Assembly (NCBI GenBank): GCA_002840985.1
Contig: PHDM01000002.1
Coordinates: 3,662 to 67,661 of the forward strand
Origin: Bacteroidetes bacterium HGW-Bacteroidetes-17
Lineage (GTDB): Bacteria; Bacteroidota; Bacteroidia; Bacteroidales; GCA-2711565
DNA: 64,000 nucleotides
Direction: 5' to 3'
The notes beneath the pieces are model-generated. The model ran no database searches. It was not told where the DNA came from and saw only the letters and a list, made by a program, of their open reading frames with translations. The translations under genes and the position numbers were made by a program. Of the stretch, positions 17,450 to 27,276 are shown piece by piece (position 1 is the first letter of the stretch; every line of letters begins with the position of its first letter).

Positions 17450-17662
17450 ATAGTTCTTTTTAGAGTTAAAATTATTTCTTTACACAAATTTAGTTTTAAT
17501 ATGATCCAATTTTGTTAATTGGCTGTTAAAAACTGTTAATGAATTGTTAATTAAAAATTGAGGTTGATTTGATCGTTGTATATTTGTGTTGTTGATTTAG
17601 AATTAACGCCTACAAAATGATAGACTTAGGTTTTCCCGGATTTTTAAATAATTTGATGAATA

Positions 17663-18982
17663 ATGACAAAAATTAGTGAACGATTGAAAAAAGGATTTTT
17701 CAGGTTCATTGTTGTTATTGCTTCAATTTCAATGGTTGGCATTATGATTACTCAATTATATTGGGTGAAAAAAGCAGTTGATTTTAAGGAAGAACAATTT
17801 AATAACGGGGTACTCATTGCAATGAAAACGGTCGTTAATCAACTTTTAAATGACCATACCGACTCAACTTTAGTCATGATGAAAGCCAATCCCAATTGCA
17901 TAGTGTTGAAGACTAAATTAACGGATATTATTGATAAGAATACGCTTTTTAAACTGATTAAAACCGAGCTTGATTGTTTGCAGATTAAAAACAATTATGA
18001 GTATGGCGTTTACGATCGTAGGACCGGAATTTTTTTAATGGGCTCTTATTTAAATTATGAAAAGGAAATCATGAACTCACAACATAATGTATCATTAAGT
18101 TGCTTGTGTGATTCTGATCAGTATTTTCTGGGGATTTATTTTCCGCACCAAACAAGCCAAATATTGCTTAATATGATTGGATGGCTCATCCTTTCAGCTT
18201 TCTTTATCATTATTGTTATTATTAGTTTTTGGTACACTGTAATCAGCATGTTCAGGCAAAAACGGATTTCAGAAATGAAATCGGATTTTGTTAATAATAT
18301 GACCCATGAATTTAAAACACCCATTTCTACGATTTCGCTGGCAAGTGAAATGTTGCTAAGGCCCAATGTTTACGAGTCGGCGGAGAAAACACAGAAATAT
18401 GCCAGTATTATTTTTGATGAAAATACGAGACTCGAGAATCAGGTTGAAAGGGTTTTGCAAATTTCAATTCTGGATAAAGGAGATATGAAAATCAGGCCCA
18501 AAGAAATTGACATCCACCATATTATTAATAAGGTAGTTGATCATTTCAAATTAGGGTTGAAAAAGAGAAATGGGAAAATCAAGATTGAATTAAATGCCAT
18601 GAATTCAATTATTTTGGCCGACCGGGTTCATATCGTGAACGTCATTTCCAATTTGCTCGATAATGCTAAAAAATACACAGATCGCAATCCTGAAATAGTG
18701 ATATCTACGAGAAATGTCAAAGATGGAATACTGATTGATATTCAGGATAATGGCATTGGTATCAGTAGTGAAAACCAAAAACAGATCTTTAAAAAACTCT
18801 ATAGGGTCCCAACCGGAAACATTCATAATGTGAAAGGTTTTGGAATTGGCTTATATTACGTGAAGACCATGATTGAGGCTCACGGAGGCTATATTAGAAT
18901 TAATTCAGAATTAGGGAGGGGAAGTAAATTCGAACTTTACTTACCATTTGATCCAATAATTAAGGAGGAATCTTATGAGTGA
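17663..18982 (+). CDS. Sensor histidine kinase (two TM, HisKA plus HATPase_c)
   Basis: 439 aa. H-box NMTHEFKTPIS, N-box NLLDNAKKY, DNGIGI and GFGIGL boxes. Confidence 0.9.
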   Translation: MTKISERLKKGFFRFIVVIASISMVGIMITQLYWVKKAVDFKEEQFNNGVLIAMKTVVNQLLNDHTDSTLVMMKANPNCIVLKTKLTDIIDKNTLFKLIKTELDCLQIKNNYEYGVYDRRTGIFLMGSYLNYEKEIMNSQHNVSLSCLCDSDQYFLGIYFPHQTSQILLNMIGWLILSAFFIIIVIISFWYTVISMFRQKRISEMKSDFVNNMTHEFKTPISTISLASEMLLRPNVYESAEKTQKYASIIFDENTRLENQVERVLQISILDKGDMKIRPKEIDIHHIINKVVDHFKLGLKKRNGKIKIELNAMNSIILADRVHIVNVISNLLDNAKKYTDRNPEIVISTRNVKDGILIDIQDNGIGISSENQKQIFKKLYRVPTGNIHNVKGFGIGLYYVKTMIEAHGGYIRINSELGRGSKFELYLPFDPIIKEESYE

Positions 18983-19691
18983 AAGAATTAAAATATTGCT
19001 GGTTGAGGATGATCCCAACTTAAGTCTGGTTCTTCTCGATTATTTAGAAATGCTTGGATACGAGATCAAACTTTGTAAAGATGGCGAAGAAGGGTTGAAA
19101 GCATTTAAACGTCATCGTTTTGATTTATGCGTATTTGATGTAATGATGCCCAAAAAGGATGGGTTTAGCCTGGCTGAAGATATCCGTGCCACCAATCAGA
19201 TAATCCCGATCATTTTTCTTACCGCAAAATCATTAAAAGAAGATCGGATTAAGGGTTTTCAGCTTGGTTGCGACGATTATATAACAAAACCATTTAGCAC
19301 TGAAGAGCTTAGCCTACGGATCAAAGCTATTTTAAAGCGTTGTCAGGTTATACAGGAGACTGATAATGGAACTGAATCTAGTTTTCAGATCGGAATATTT
19401 TCATTTGATGTAAAGAATATGACCCTGCGAACATCGGATATTGAATATAACTTAACCAGAAAAGAATCTGGTTTATTAAAGTTATTATGTTTGCATAAAA
19501 ATGTGTTGCTTTCAAGAGAATATGCTTTGAAAATGATATGGGGCGAAAATGATTATTTTATCGGGAGAAGCATGGACGTTTTCATTGCAAAACTTCGAAA
19601 ATACCTGAAAGCCGATCCCAATATTTCAATCACCAATGTGCATGGTACCGGATTCAAACTCGAAGTTATTGAAAAAGCCAGTGGGAAATAG
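18975..19691 (+). CDS. OmpR-family response regulator
   Basis: 238 aa. Receiver domain (LLVEDDP...DLCVFDVMMPKKDG...LTAK) plus winged-helix output. 8-nt overlap with the kinase gene. Confidence 0.9.
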   Translation: MSERIKILLVEDDPNLSLVLLDYLEMLGYEIKLCKDGEEGLKAFKRHRFDLCVFDVMMPKKDGFSLAEDIRATNQIIPIIFLTAKSLKEDRIKGFQLGCDDYITKPFSTEELSLRIKAILKRCQVIQETDNGTESSFQIGIFSFDVKNMTLRTSDIEYNLTRKESGLLKLLCLHKNVLLSREYALKMIWGENDYFIGRSMDVFIAKLRKYLKADPNISITNVHGTGFKLEVIEKASGK

Positions 19692-19765
19692 ATTTCCTGT
19701 TTGTAAATAAGAATACAGAAATCGAACGTAGAATATGATCTTCCTTAATTGATACTAAATTTTAT

Positions 19766-19993
19766 CCATTTAACGTGAATTCGATATAAGAAAACATTAA
19801 AATACAGACTTCCTTTGTCATAAGTGCTTTAATAAATATAAGATATAAGACGTTAGATTTTAGATATTAGAAAAAGATTAGATTCCATGGTCTAACTTCT
19901 AATATCTAACGTCTTCTTAGCTCATAAGGCTAAATTTCAGATATACTGAACTTGTTAAATGAGAAATACTTAGATCGAAATGAGGTTATTTAA
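19766..19993 (-). repeat. Family B intergenic repeat, full-length copy A (MITE/REP-like, central long hairpin at 19847-19915)
   Basis: The reverse complement aligns along its length with 31336-31575. Terminus TTAAATAACCT overlaps the stop codon of CDS 19990-20913. Confidence 0.85.
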
Positions 19994-20913
19994 TAACGTC
20001 TAATCTTTAAACTGGTAACAGCCGCCTCAATATCGATATAAATTTTGTTTTGAGCACTTTCAAAATTATCAGTCTGGTATAATCCCTTTTCGAGTCGGGT
20101 GAACCCATCAAAGTTCTTCGATGAAAGTACGGTTTGCGTAGTAAGTTCGCAGCCGGAATCTTCAGGTATAGCGATGGTGATCGATGATGCTCCCGATTCG
20201 ATTTTCACATCCGTTTTTGCATAAAGGCTTCCAAGTTTAAGATGAGTAGAAGAAGCACCTCCCTGAATGTCAATATTTCGGGTTTTATATTTACTTAAAT
20301 CCAGATCGATTTTAGCGGCACCACATTCAAGGTTGATGTTCCAAACCGGATCATCGTTCAGTTGAAGGTCAACATCATTTATCAACCTTTTCATTCTGAA
20401 ATGTGAATTCTGCATTTCAAATTTAAGATATTGATGATTGCCATTTTTATTTGTTGAAAAAACATAAGGGCCAATATTCCCATCTTGCCTGAAATCAACT
20501 AAATTATCTGTGTTTCCACTGATAATGAATTCACCGGCCACTGCCTCGATATCCAAAGTTGCCTCTTCAATGTCGGACGAGTAAGGTTCAAAAAAGCTTT
20601 GATCACTTCTTTTATATTCTTTTACATAATCATTATTATCCCCAAAATCCCAGCTATAACGATAGGATCGTCCCTGATACAAGGAAGTATTGGTCAAAAG
20701 CAATGCAATAGTGATTGCAAGGAGGATTAAGGTAAGTATGATTTTTATCGCGTTTTTTATAGGAAGCAAAGTAACTCCAAGTAGAACAAGCAACATGGGC
20801 CAAAGCCTGAAAATTCCCCACCAATTAAAATTTAGAAAATCAAAATTGCTAAGTATAAATATAACACCGAGCGCAACTAAAATTCCGCCCCAGAATAAAT
20901 TACTGTTTTTCAT
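19990..20913 (-). CDS. LiaF-like TM / DUF4097-like beta-rich protein (cell-envelope stress associated)
   Basis: 307 aa. N-terminal small-TM repeats (LFWGGILVALGVIFIL...WPMLLVLLGVTLL), then a repetitive beta-rich C-terminal domain. Sits immediately downstream of a PspC-domain gene. Confidence 0.5.
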   Translation of the reverse strand: MKNSNLFWGGILVALGVIFILSNFDFLNFNWWGIFRLWPMLLVLLGVTLLPIKNAIKIILTLILLAITIALLLTNTSLYQGRSYRYSWDFGDNNDYVKEYKRSDQSFFEPYSSDIEEATLDIEAVAGEFIISGNTDNLVDFRQDGNIGPYVFSTNKNGNHQYLKFEMQNSHFRMKRLINDVDLQLNDDPVWNINLECGAAKIDLDLSKYKTRNIDIQGGASSTHLKLGSLYAKTDVKIESGASSITIAIPEDSGCELTTQTVLSSKNFDGFTRLEKGLYQTDNFESAQNKIYIDIEAAVTSLKIRRY

Positions 20914-20919
20914 CTGTTT

Positions 20920-21384
20920 TTATTTTTTTGTTTTATCGTAACCTGATTTGATCATAACTATACCTGCAACCAGCAGGATGACGGGCCATAAATCACCGAA
21001 ATCTATTCGGGGAATAAACCTGTCAGCCAAGAAAATCAAGCCTAGAGTGATCAAAATTAATCCGGCAATTAAACTACCATCATTTTTGTTTTTATCCCAT
21101 GGTTGTTTCGGGCTGAAATTTTCATTCTTGCCCTTATCCATATTTTCTGTTTCCATATGATTTAAATTATTTGGTTGGTTATAATAACTTGTTGCTCCGG
21201 CTGGAAGAGCAATCCATAAAATAAGGTAAATCAGAACACCGCCACCGCCAAATAGTGCAGCAACTACAAATAGTATTCTGATGATGGTTGGATCGGTGTG
21301 CATATGATCTGCAATTCCTGCTGCAACACCACCTATAACATACTGATTAGTGCTTCGGTATAATCCGCTACGATGATTTTCCAT
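20920..21384 (-). CDS. PspC domain-containing membrane protein
   Basis: 154 aa. GGVAAGIADHMHTDPTIIRILFVVAALFGGGGVLIYLILWIALP is a canonical PspC domain. Confidence 0.8.
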   Translation of the reverse strand: MENHRSGLYRSTNQYVIGGVAAGIADHMHTDPTIIRILFVVAALFGGGGVLIYLILWIALPAGATSYYNQPNNLNHMETENMDKGKNENFSPKQPWDKNKNDGSLIAGLILITLGLIFLADRFIPRIDFGDLWPVILLVAGIVMIKSGYDKTKK

Positions 21385-21492
21385 AATATCTAATTTTCGA
21401 TGGATAACAAATATACAAAATGATTAGCTAAATGGGCAATAACCTCATTTATTGTATTGACGCATTAATGGGAAAGAAATTACATTAATTTT

Positions 21493-21861
21493 TCATTTAT
21501 GTTTTTTTGGAACATAACAGCTTTTTCGTTTCCCAAACATTCGATAACGCGATCGGGCAATTAAATCATATAATTGATCTAATTGCTTATTAGGGATTAT
21601 TTTAAAGATGAAAAAGATTTTTAAAAAGCCGCCCAGGCATTCGATAATATGGAAAATTGCACCGGACTTAACGGAATATTGACCATTGTGAAAAACGATG
21701 ATACTATCTATGGTCAATAAATCTTTTGGTATTTGTTCCGAAATACCATTGCTCAGCCCGATAAACATTAGTTTGTCGCCTTTGTCTAACCAATTCAAAA
21801 GTTGAATAGTATTGCTACATAAATAACAATAATCATCAAAATATACAATCGTATCATTCAT
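21493..21861 (-). CDS. Thiol-disulfide oxidoreductase DCC family protein (DUF393)
   Basis: 122 aa. N-terminal YFDDYCYLCSNTI (D-x-x-C-x-x-C) and typical size. Confidence 0.7.
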   Translation of the reverse strand: MNDTIVYFDDYCYLCSNTIQLLNWLDKGDKLMFIGLSNGISEQIPKDLLTIDSIIVFHNGQYSVKSGAIFHIIECLGGFLKIFFIFKIIPNKQLDQLYDLIARSRYRMFGKRKSCYVPKKHK

Positions 21862-22042
21862 ACATAACCATTTGAAAAATAATAATATGGCAATAATTTA
21901 CTTTATTATTTTCAATATTATTAAAATTAGCTTAAAATCATGATTCCTATTTTTAAATTGGATAAGTTTTATTAAATTTAGGGTATTAGTTTGATCTGCG
22001 AAAGGATTACAATTAATAAAAAAATTTTAATTAAAAATCAAA

Positions 22043-23410
22043 ATGAATTCAGGAAAGATAAAAATTGAAAACGGAAAATTAATCGTCCCAAATAATCCAA
22101 CAATACCCTACATAGAAGGCGACGGAACCGGCCCGGATATTTGGGCAGCTTCTGTACGTGTGTTTGATGCTGCTATTGAGAAAGCTTATGGAGGCGATCG
22201 GAAAATTAATTGGCTGGAAGTGTACGCCGGAGAGAATTCATTTAACCGAACAGGTGAATGGTTACCACAAGAAACCCTTGATGCATTCATCGAATATTTA
22301 GTTGGGATAAAAGGCCCGTTAACCACCCCAACCGGAGGCGGAATTACTTCATTGAATGTTGCTTTACGACAAAAACTCGACTTATATGTTTGCTTGCGAC
22401 CTGTGAAATATATCACAGGTGTACCTTCTCCTGTAAAACGACCGGAAGATGTCGATATGGTTATTTTCAGGGAAAATACAGAAGATATTTATGCGGGAAT
22501 TGAGTGGGCCGCAGGTACTGAGAATGCCAAAAAAATGATCCGTTTTTTACAGGAAGAAATGAAGGTAGATAGCATCCGTTTTCCTGAAACTAGTGGAATT
22601 GGAATTAAACCGGCTTCAAAAGAAGGGACCTACCGATTGGTAAAAGCTGCCCTTGAATATGCTTTACTGGAAAACAGGAAATCGTTGACCATCGTTCATA
22701 AAGGTAATATTATGAAATATACTGAAGGTGCCTTTAAAAAATGGGGATTCGAAGTTGCCGTTACTGAATATCGGGATAAAGTGGTTACTGAACGGGAAAG
22801 TTGGATTATCGCAAATAAAGATAAAAATCCGGATTTGAGTATCGAGGATAATGCCAAAATGATTGATCCCGGCTACCATATGATGGTTGATGCTCAGAAA
22901 AAAGACAGACAGGCAGAGGTTGAAACTGCACTGAAACTAATGCCGACACATGGCAACGGACAATGGAAACAGAAATTGCTTATTCGGGACTCGATTGCTG
23001 ACATAACCCTACAGCAAGTACTTACCCGGCCTAAAGAATTTGAAGTAATTGCTACCATGAACCTGAATGGAGACTACCTGTCGGATGCCTTGGCAGCTCA
23101 GGTTGGAGGTATTGGTATAGCTCCAGGAGCCAATATTAATTATGTGACGGGCCATGCCATTTTTGAAGCAACTCATGGAACGGCCCCTAAATATGCCGGT
23201 TTGGATCAGGTTAATCCGGGTTCGGTAATTCTTTCAGGAGCAATGATGCTGAAATATATGGGCTGGGATAAAGCGCACGATTTGATATGGGATGCTTTAG
23301 TGAAAACCATCGCCCAAAAAAGAGTTACCTATGATTATCATCGTATGATGGATAATGCAAAATTGCTGAAATGTTCAGAGTTTGGCGATGCCATCATTGA
23401 AAATATGTAG
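22043..23410 (+). CDS. icd: NADP-dependent isocitrate dehydrogenase
   Basis: 455 aa. [52 protein letters not shown] and [12 protein letters not shown] blocks. Confidence 0.93.
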   Translation: MNSGKIKIENGKLIVPNNPTIPYIEGDGTGPDIWAASVRVFDAAIEKAYGGDRKINWLEVYAGENSFNRTGEWLPQETLDAFIEYLVGIKGPLTTPTGGGITSLNVALRQKLDLYVCLRPVKYITGVPSPVKRPEDVDMVIFRENTEDIYAGIEWAAGTENAKKMIRFLQEEMKVDSIRFPETSGIGIKPASKEGTYRLVKAALEYALLENRKSLTIVHKGNIMKYTEGAFKKWGFEVAVTEYRDKVVTERESWIIANKDKNPDLSIEDNAKMIDPGYHMMVDAQKKDRQAEVETALKLMPTHGNGQWKQKLLIRDSIADITLQQVLTRPKEFEVIATMNLNGDYLSDALAAQVGGIGIAPGANINYVTGHAIFEATHGTAPKYAGLDQVNPGSVILSGAMMLKYMGWDKAHDLIWDALVKTIAQKRVTYDYHRMMDNAKLLKCSEFGDAIIENM

Positions 23411-23447
23411 ATAAAATTTGATAAGAATTTAAATAATAGAAGAACAA

Positions 23448-24785
23448 ATGACAAGTTTAAAAGAAAAGCTTTACCAAAAAATTCAGGAACACCGTCCAAG
23501 AATTGATAGACTTAATGATGAGTTTGGTGATGTAGTTGTTGATCAGGTGACCATCTCGAAACTCCTTGGAGGGATGAGAGGATTAAAGAGTTTGATTACT
23601 GATATTTCATATTTGGATCCAAATGAAGGAATCAGGTTTCGAGGTTACAAACTTGAAGAAGTTTTTGAAAAATTGCCAAAACCAAAAGGGGCGGAAATGC
23701 CCTATGTTGAAGGTTTGTTTTATCTGCTATTAACCGGTGATATTCCAAGCGAAGCTGAAGTAACCGAGGTTGTTGATGAGTTCGCAAAAAGAAGAATTTT
23801 ACCAAGGTATATATACGAACTTATTGATGCTTTTCCTTGTTGTAGTCATCCTATGACTATATTCTCATCTGCCATTATTTCAATGCATCGTGAATCTTTT
23901 TTCACAAAAAAATATATTGCCGGAATACCTAAGGCTGATTATTGGGATCCAATGTACGAGGACTCATTAAATCTGCTTGCAAAACTTCCGGAAATAGCAA
24001 CTTATATCTATGCTAAATTATATCGGGATGGGAACAGGATTCAATCCAACCCCAACTTAGATTTAGGTGGCAACTTTGCATTTATGATGGGCAAAGGAAA
24101 ACCTTATGATGATGTAATCAGAATGCACTTCATCCTCCATAGTGATCATGAAGCAGGAAACGTAAGTGCACATGCAGGGCATCTTGTGGCAAGTTCTTTA
24201 TCGGATATCTATCTGTCTATTTCAGCGATGGTTAATGGATTGGCAGGACCGCTTCATGGACTGGCAAGTCAGGGCGTTTTGAAATGGTTGCAAGATTTAA
24301 TGGATAAAATGGGTGGAGCCATACCAACTGAAGCTGAGATGAAGCAATTTGTTTGGGAAACTTTAAATTCAGGTCAGGTTATTCCCGGATTCGGACACGC
24401 AGTTTTGAGAAAAACCGACCCGCGCTATTTATTGCAACGTGAATTTAGTCTGAAACATTTAAAAGATGATGACTTGTTTAAATATGTTGATATGCTTTAT
24501 AAGGTTGTTCCTGATATTTTAAGGGAGCATGGGAAAGCAAAAAATCCATGGCCTAACGTTGATGCGCAATCCGGTATTATTCAATGGCATTACGGTTTGC
24601 AAGAATATGATTTTTATACCGTACTATTCGGGATCGGAAGATCGATTGGTATTTGTGCAAACATAATTTGGGACAGGGCACTTGGTTATCCGTTAGAGCG
24701 GCCAAAATCATTAACTACAGAAATGCTTGAAGAGATTGCCGGAATAAGGCCTAAGGCAAATCCGGCTGCTGAACCTAAAGAATAA
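23448..24785 (+). CDS. gltA: Citrate synthase (eukaryotic-like type)
   Basis: 445 aa. HSDHEAGNVSAH, GPLHGLA and GFGHAVLRKTDPR catalytic blocks. Confidence 0.92.
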   Translation: MTSLKEKLYQKIQEHRPRIDRLNDEFGDVVVDQVTISKLLGGMRGLKSLITDISYLDPNEGIRFRGYKLEEVFEKLPKPKGAEMPYVEGLFYLLLTGDIPSEAEVTEVVDEFAKRRILPRYIYELIDAFPCCSHPMTIFSSAIISMHRESFFTKKYIAGIPKADYWDPMYEDSLNLLAKLPEIATYIYAKLYRDGNRIQSNPNLDLGGNFAFMMGKGKPYDDVIRMHFILHSDHEAGNVSAHAGHLVASSLSDIYLSISAMVNGLAGPLHGLASQGVLKWLQDLMDKMGGAIPTEAEMKQFVWETLNSGQVIPGFGHAVLRKTDPRYLLQREFSLKHLKDDDLFKYVDMLYKVVPDILREHGKAKNPWPNVDAQSGIIQWHYGLQEYDFYTVLFGIGRSIGICANIIWDRALGYPLERPKSLTTEMLEEIAGIRPKANPAAEPKE

Positions 24786-24817
24786 AGTTTTATTTTGAAT
24801 AGAGAAAATAAGGATTT

Positions 24818-25228
24818 TTGATCAAACAAATTGAGTTTTCACTGCCTGCATATAGCAGGGGTTATCATTTGATAACAGATGTAATTGAGGAAGTTTTACA
24901 GGGGCTTCCTCAACAGGGCATCCTGAATTTATTTATCAAACATACATCTGCGGCCCTCACAATTAATGAGAATGCAGACTCCTCGGTCAGGATCGATTTT
25001 GAAACGATTCTGAATAAACTTGTCCCGGAAAACCCATTCGATTACAGTCATAATATGGAAGGTAGTGATGATATGCCTGCCCATATTAAATCATCCCTGA
25101 TGGGAAGTTCTGTTAGTATCCCAATAAGTAATCACAAATTAAACCTTGGAACCTGGCAGGGAATTTTTTTGTGTGAATTCAGAAATAAAGGTGGTTCCCG
25201 AAAAATTATTGCGACTATCTATTCTTAA
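24818..25228 (+). CDS. yjbQ: YjbQ/UPF0047 family protein (secondary thiamine-phosphate synthase)
   Basis: 136 aa with a TTG start. SRGYHLITDVI...HTSAALTINENADSSV...DMPAHIKSSL...GTWQGIFLCEFR match the family. Confidence 0.8.
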   Translation: MIKQIEFSLPAYSRGYHLITDVIEEVLQGLPQQGILNLFIKHTSAALTINENADSSVRIDFETILNKLVPENPFDYSHNMEGSDDMPAHIKSSLMGSSVSIPISNHKLNLGTWQGIFLCEFRNKGGSRKIIATIYS

Positions 25229-26469
25229 TCAAAATCGGGATTCATCAATGGGAACTCAATAACAAACATTGCGCCTCTGTTTTTAACATTCTCGCACCAT
25301 ACCTTACCTTTAAGTGCACATACATATTTTTTAACGATGGCCAACCCAAGACCAACATTTGTATCCACTTTTTGTATTTCATTTTGACGCTGATAAATTT
25401 CAAAAATTGTATTTGGGTCTTCTTTAGGAACCCCGGGGCCCTCATCAATAATTTCAAGACGAATAATATTGTCTTTTTTAAGCAAATTAATGTCAATCTC
25501 ACTTGAAATTGGGGCAAACCTAAAAGCATTTGAAAGTAAATTATCAACAATTTGATGCATGTAAACTTCATTCAGCTTGGCATGGCATCGGCAAAGATTC
25601 AGATTAATCTGGAGATTTTTACGGGTGGTGACTAAATTGAAATTGATTAAAACTTCTTTGACCAAACCTGAAATTTCGATCGTTTCTGTTTTTAAACTGT
25701 ATGTTTTAGATTCAATGCGATTAATATTTAATAATTCATTGATCATTTTGTTAATGCGGTTCAATGAATTTTCAACGATGGTGGTGTATTCCTGTTGTGA
25801 ATCACTTATCTGCTCTTCTTCCTTGATGAGGTCGATCAAGCATAAACTACTTGTCAATGGATTTTTAATGCCATGCACAACCACGCTTAATAAGTGGTTC
25901 TTTTCTTCATTTAGATTTAAGAGATCGTAATTTTGTTCCTCCAATAACTCTTTCTGCTTTGAAATACTTTGATGCTGAAGTTCAATTTCATCTTTTTGTT
26001 TTTGAATTTTCAGATAACTTTTGGAAAGTTTTTCTTCAAGCACATTCATGCTTCGCATTCTGTTTACCAGCACTTTCAGAACGCCTTTAATAATTTCTTT
26101 CTTTTCAAAAATAATTTTAAAAAAATCATCCTGCGAAAGCATCAGTAAATCGCTTGGTTCTTCGGCAGTTACCGAGGCAGAACGGGTTTCTTCATCAATG
26201 AGAGAATATTCGCCAAAAACACTACCAGTTCCCAATTTTGTGAGTACATGATTGCCATCGTGAATCCGGACTTTACCATTAACGATAATGTACATTGAAT
26301 TACCCATATCCCCTTTATGAATAATAACCTTTTCCGGACGAGCATGCTTTTCAATAAGGGCATTAGCAATATCATTTAACACATCTGCCCCCGTTTCAGA
26401 AAATATGTGGGTGTTTTTGAGGATATTGATACGATCCTCCAAGATTTGTTCCTTTTTTGATTTGGTCAT
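25225..26469 (-). CDS. Cyclic-nucleotide-binding domain / histidine kinase hybrid sensor
   Basis: N-terminal cNMP-binding fold (GDMGNSMYIIVNGKVRI...GEYSLIDEETRSASV), coiled coil, H-box HGIKNPL, HATPase (DEGPGV, GLGLAIVK). ATG at 26469; the track uses TTG at 26478. The stop overlaps the yjbQ stop (TTAA). Confidence 0.85.
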   Translation of the reverse strand: MTKSKKEQILEDRINILKNTHIFSETGADVLNDIANALIEKHARPEKVIIHKGDMGNSMYIIVNGKVRIHDGNHVLTKLGTGSVFGEYSLIDEETRSASVTAEEPSDLLMLSQDDFFKIIFEKKEIIKGVLKVLVNRMRSMNVLEEKLSKSYLKIQKQKDEIELQHQSISKQKELLEEQNYDLLNLNEEKNHLLSVVVHGIKNPLTSSLCLIDLIKEEEQISDSQQEYTTIVENSLNRINKMINELLNINRIESKTYSLKTETIEISGLVKEVLINFNLVTTRKNLQINLNLCRCHAKLNEVYMHQIVDNLLSNAFRFAPISSEIDINLLKKDNIIRLEIIDEGPGVPKEDPNTIFEIYQRQNEIQKVDTNVGLGLAIVKKYVCALKGKVWCENVKNRGAMFVIEFPLMNPDFD

Positions 26470-26547
26470 TTGGTGCAAAATTGACGGATAAAATTAAGGA
26501 GCCTTAGCTATTCATGCAAATATAAATCAAACATTGTTTAAAAAGTT

Positions 26548-27129
26548 TTAATAAAACTCAGAAGTTTTTGTGAACTTAATAATTTCCGGAAAAAATGCCC
26601 TGAATTCTTTTTCAAAATCAGCATAATGTGCCTTCAGTTCATATACTGCCTCATCCATTCTGGAATGATTATTCGTTCGTCGCGACATTCCGCCAAATAC
26701 CCGATTCAGATCTTTAAAGTTTGAATAGTTTACCAGCCAGTTTTGAGCAATCATGAAAGGCAACAATCGTTTTGAACGAGGAGGCAATAACTTAAAATTA
26801 TGAATCAGTAAATGATAGGCCCTTGCAACAAATTCCTTTAAATCCTGATCATGATACTCATTCCAGTATTTAGCTAAAAAGTGATCGTAATAAATATCGA
26901 CAATAACTCCTGAATATCTGAAATACTTTGGATAAAGACGTTCACAACTTGTTTTAAATATGGGATGTTGGTCGGTAAACCGATCAATCTCACGATGAAA
27001 TAAAATCCCTTTTTGTATGCCTTCCGAATAAGTATCAAAGAGCTTTCCTTTTACTGCATCTGCAATAAAATTGCCGAGTATGATTTCCTCTTTTTGTGGC
27101 GAAAGATATAGATGGGCCAAAAAGTTCAT
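26548..27129 (-). CDS. acpH: Acyl carrier protein phosphodiesterase
   Basis: MNFLAHLYLS N-terminus is the family hallmark. Taken from the ATG at 27129; the track ORF begins at an upstream TTG. Confidence 0.75.
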   Translation of the reverse strand: MNFLAHLYLSPQKEEIILGNFIADAVKGKLFDTYSEGIQKGILFHREIDRFTDQHPIFKTSCERLYPKYFRYSGVIVDIYYDHFLAKYWNEYHDQDLKEFVARAYHLLIHNFKLLPPRSKRLLPFMIAQNWLVNYSNFKDLNRVFGGMSRRTNNHSRMDEAVYELKAHYADFEKEFRAFFPEIIKFTKTSEFY

Positions 27130-27276
27130 GATAGTTAAAACAACGCTAAAGTACAAATATTGTGTGTATTTTAGAATGAATTTATACTACCTCAATATGA
27201 GCTTGCCTTCGAAAAAAAAAGAGTAATTTTGCGTTGAAAAGTTCAGTATTCATATCTGGTAAATTAATAAGAATTT

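Noticed and set aside
22043-23410. Roughly 40-aa extra segment in isocitrate dehydrogenase relative to the E. coli enzyme (around ...[50 protein letters not shown]...)
   Set aside because: It is probably lineage-typical clasp-region variation. I cannot verify this without alignments, and nothing suggests a functional anomaly.
25225-25228. Convergent yjbQ and sensor-kinase genes sharing overlapping stop codons (TTAA) as a regulatory feature
   Set aside because: It is a real overlap, but a common compact-genome arrangement. No associated structure or signal was seen.
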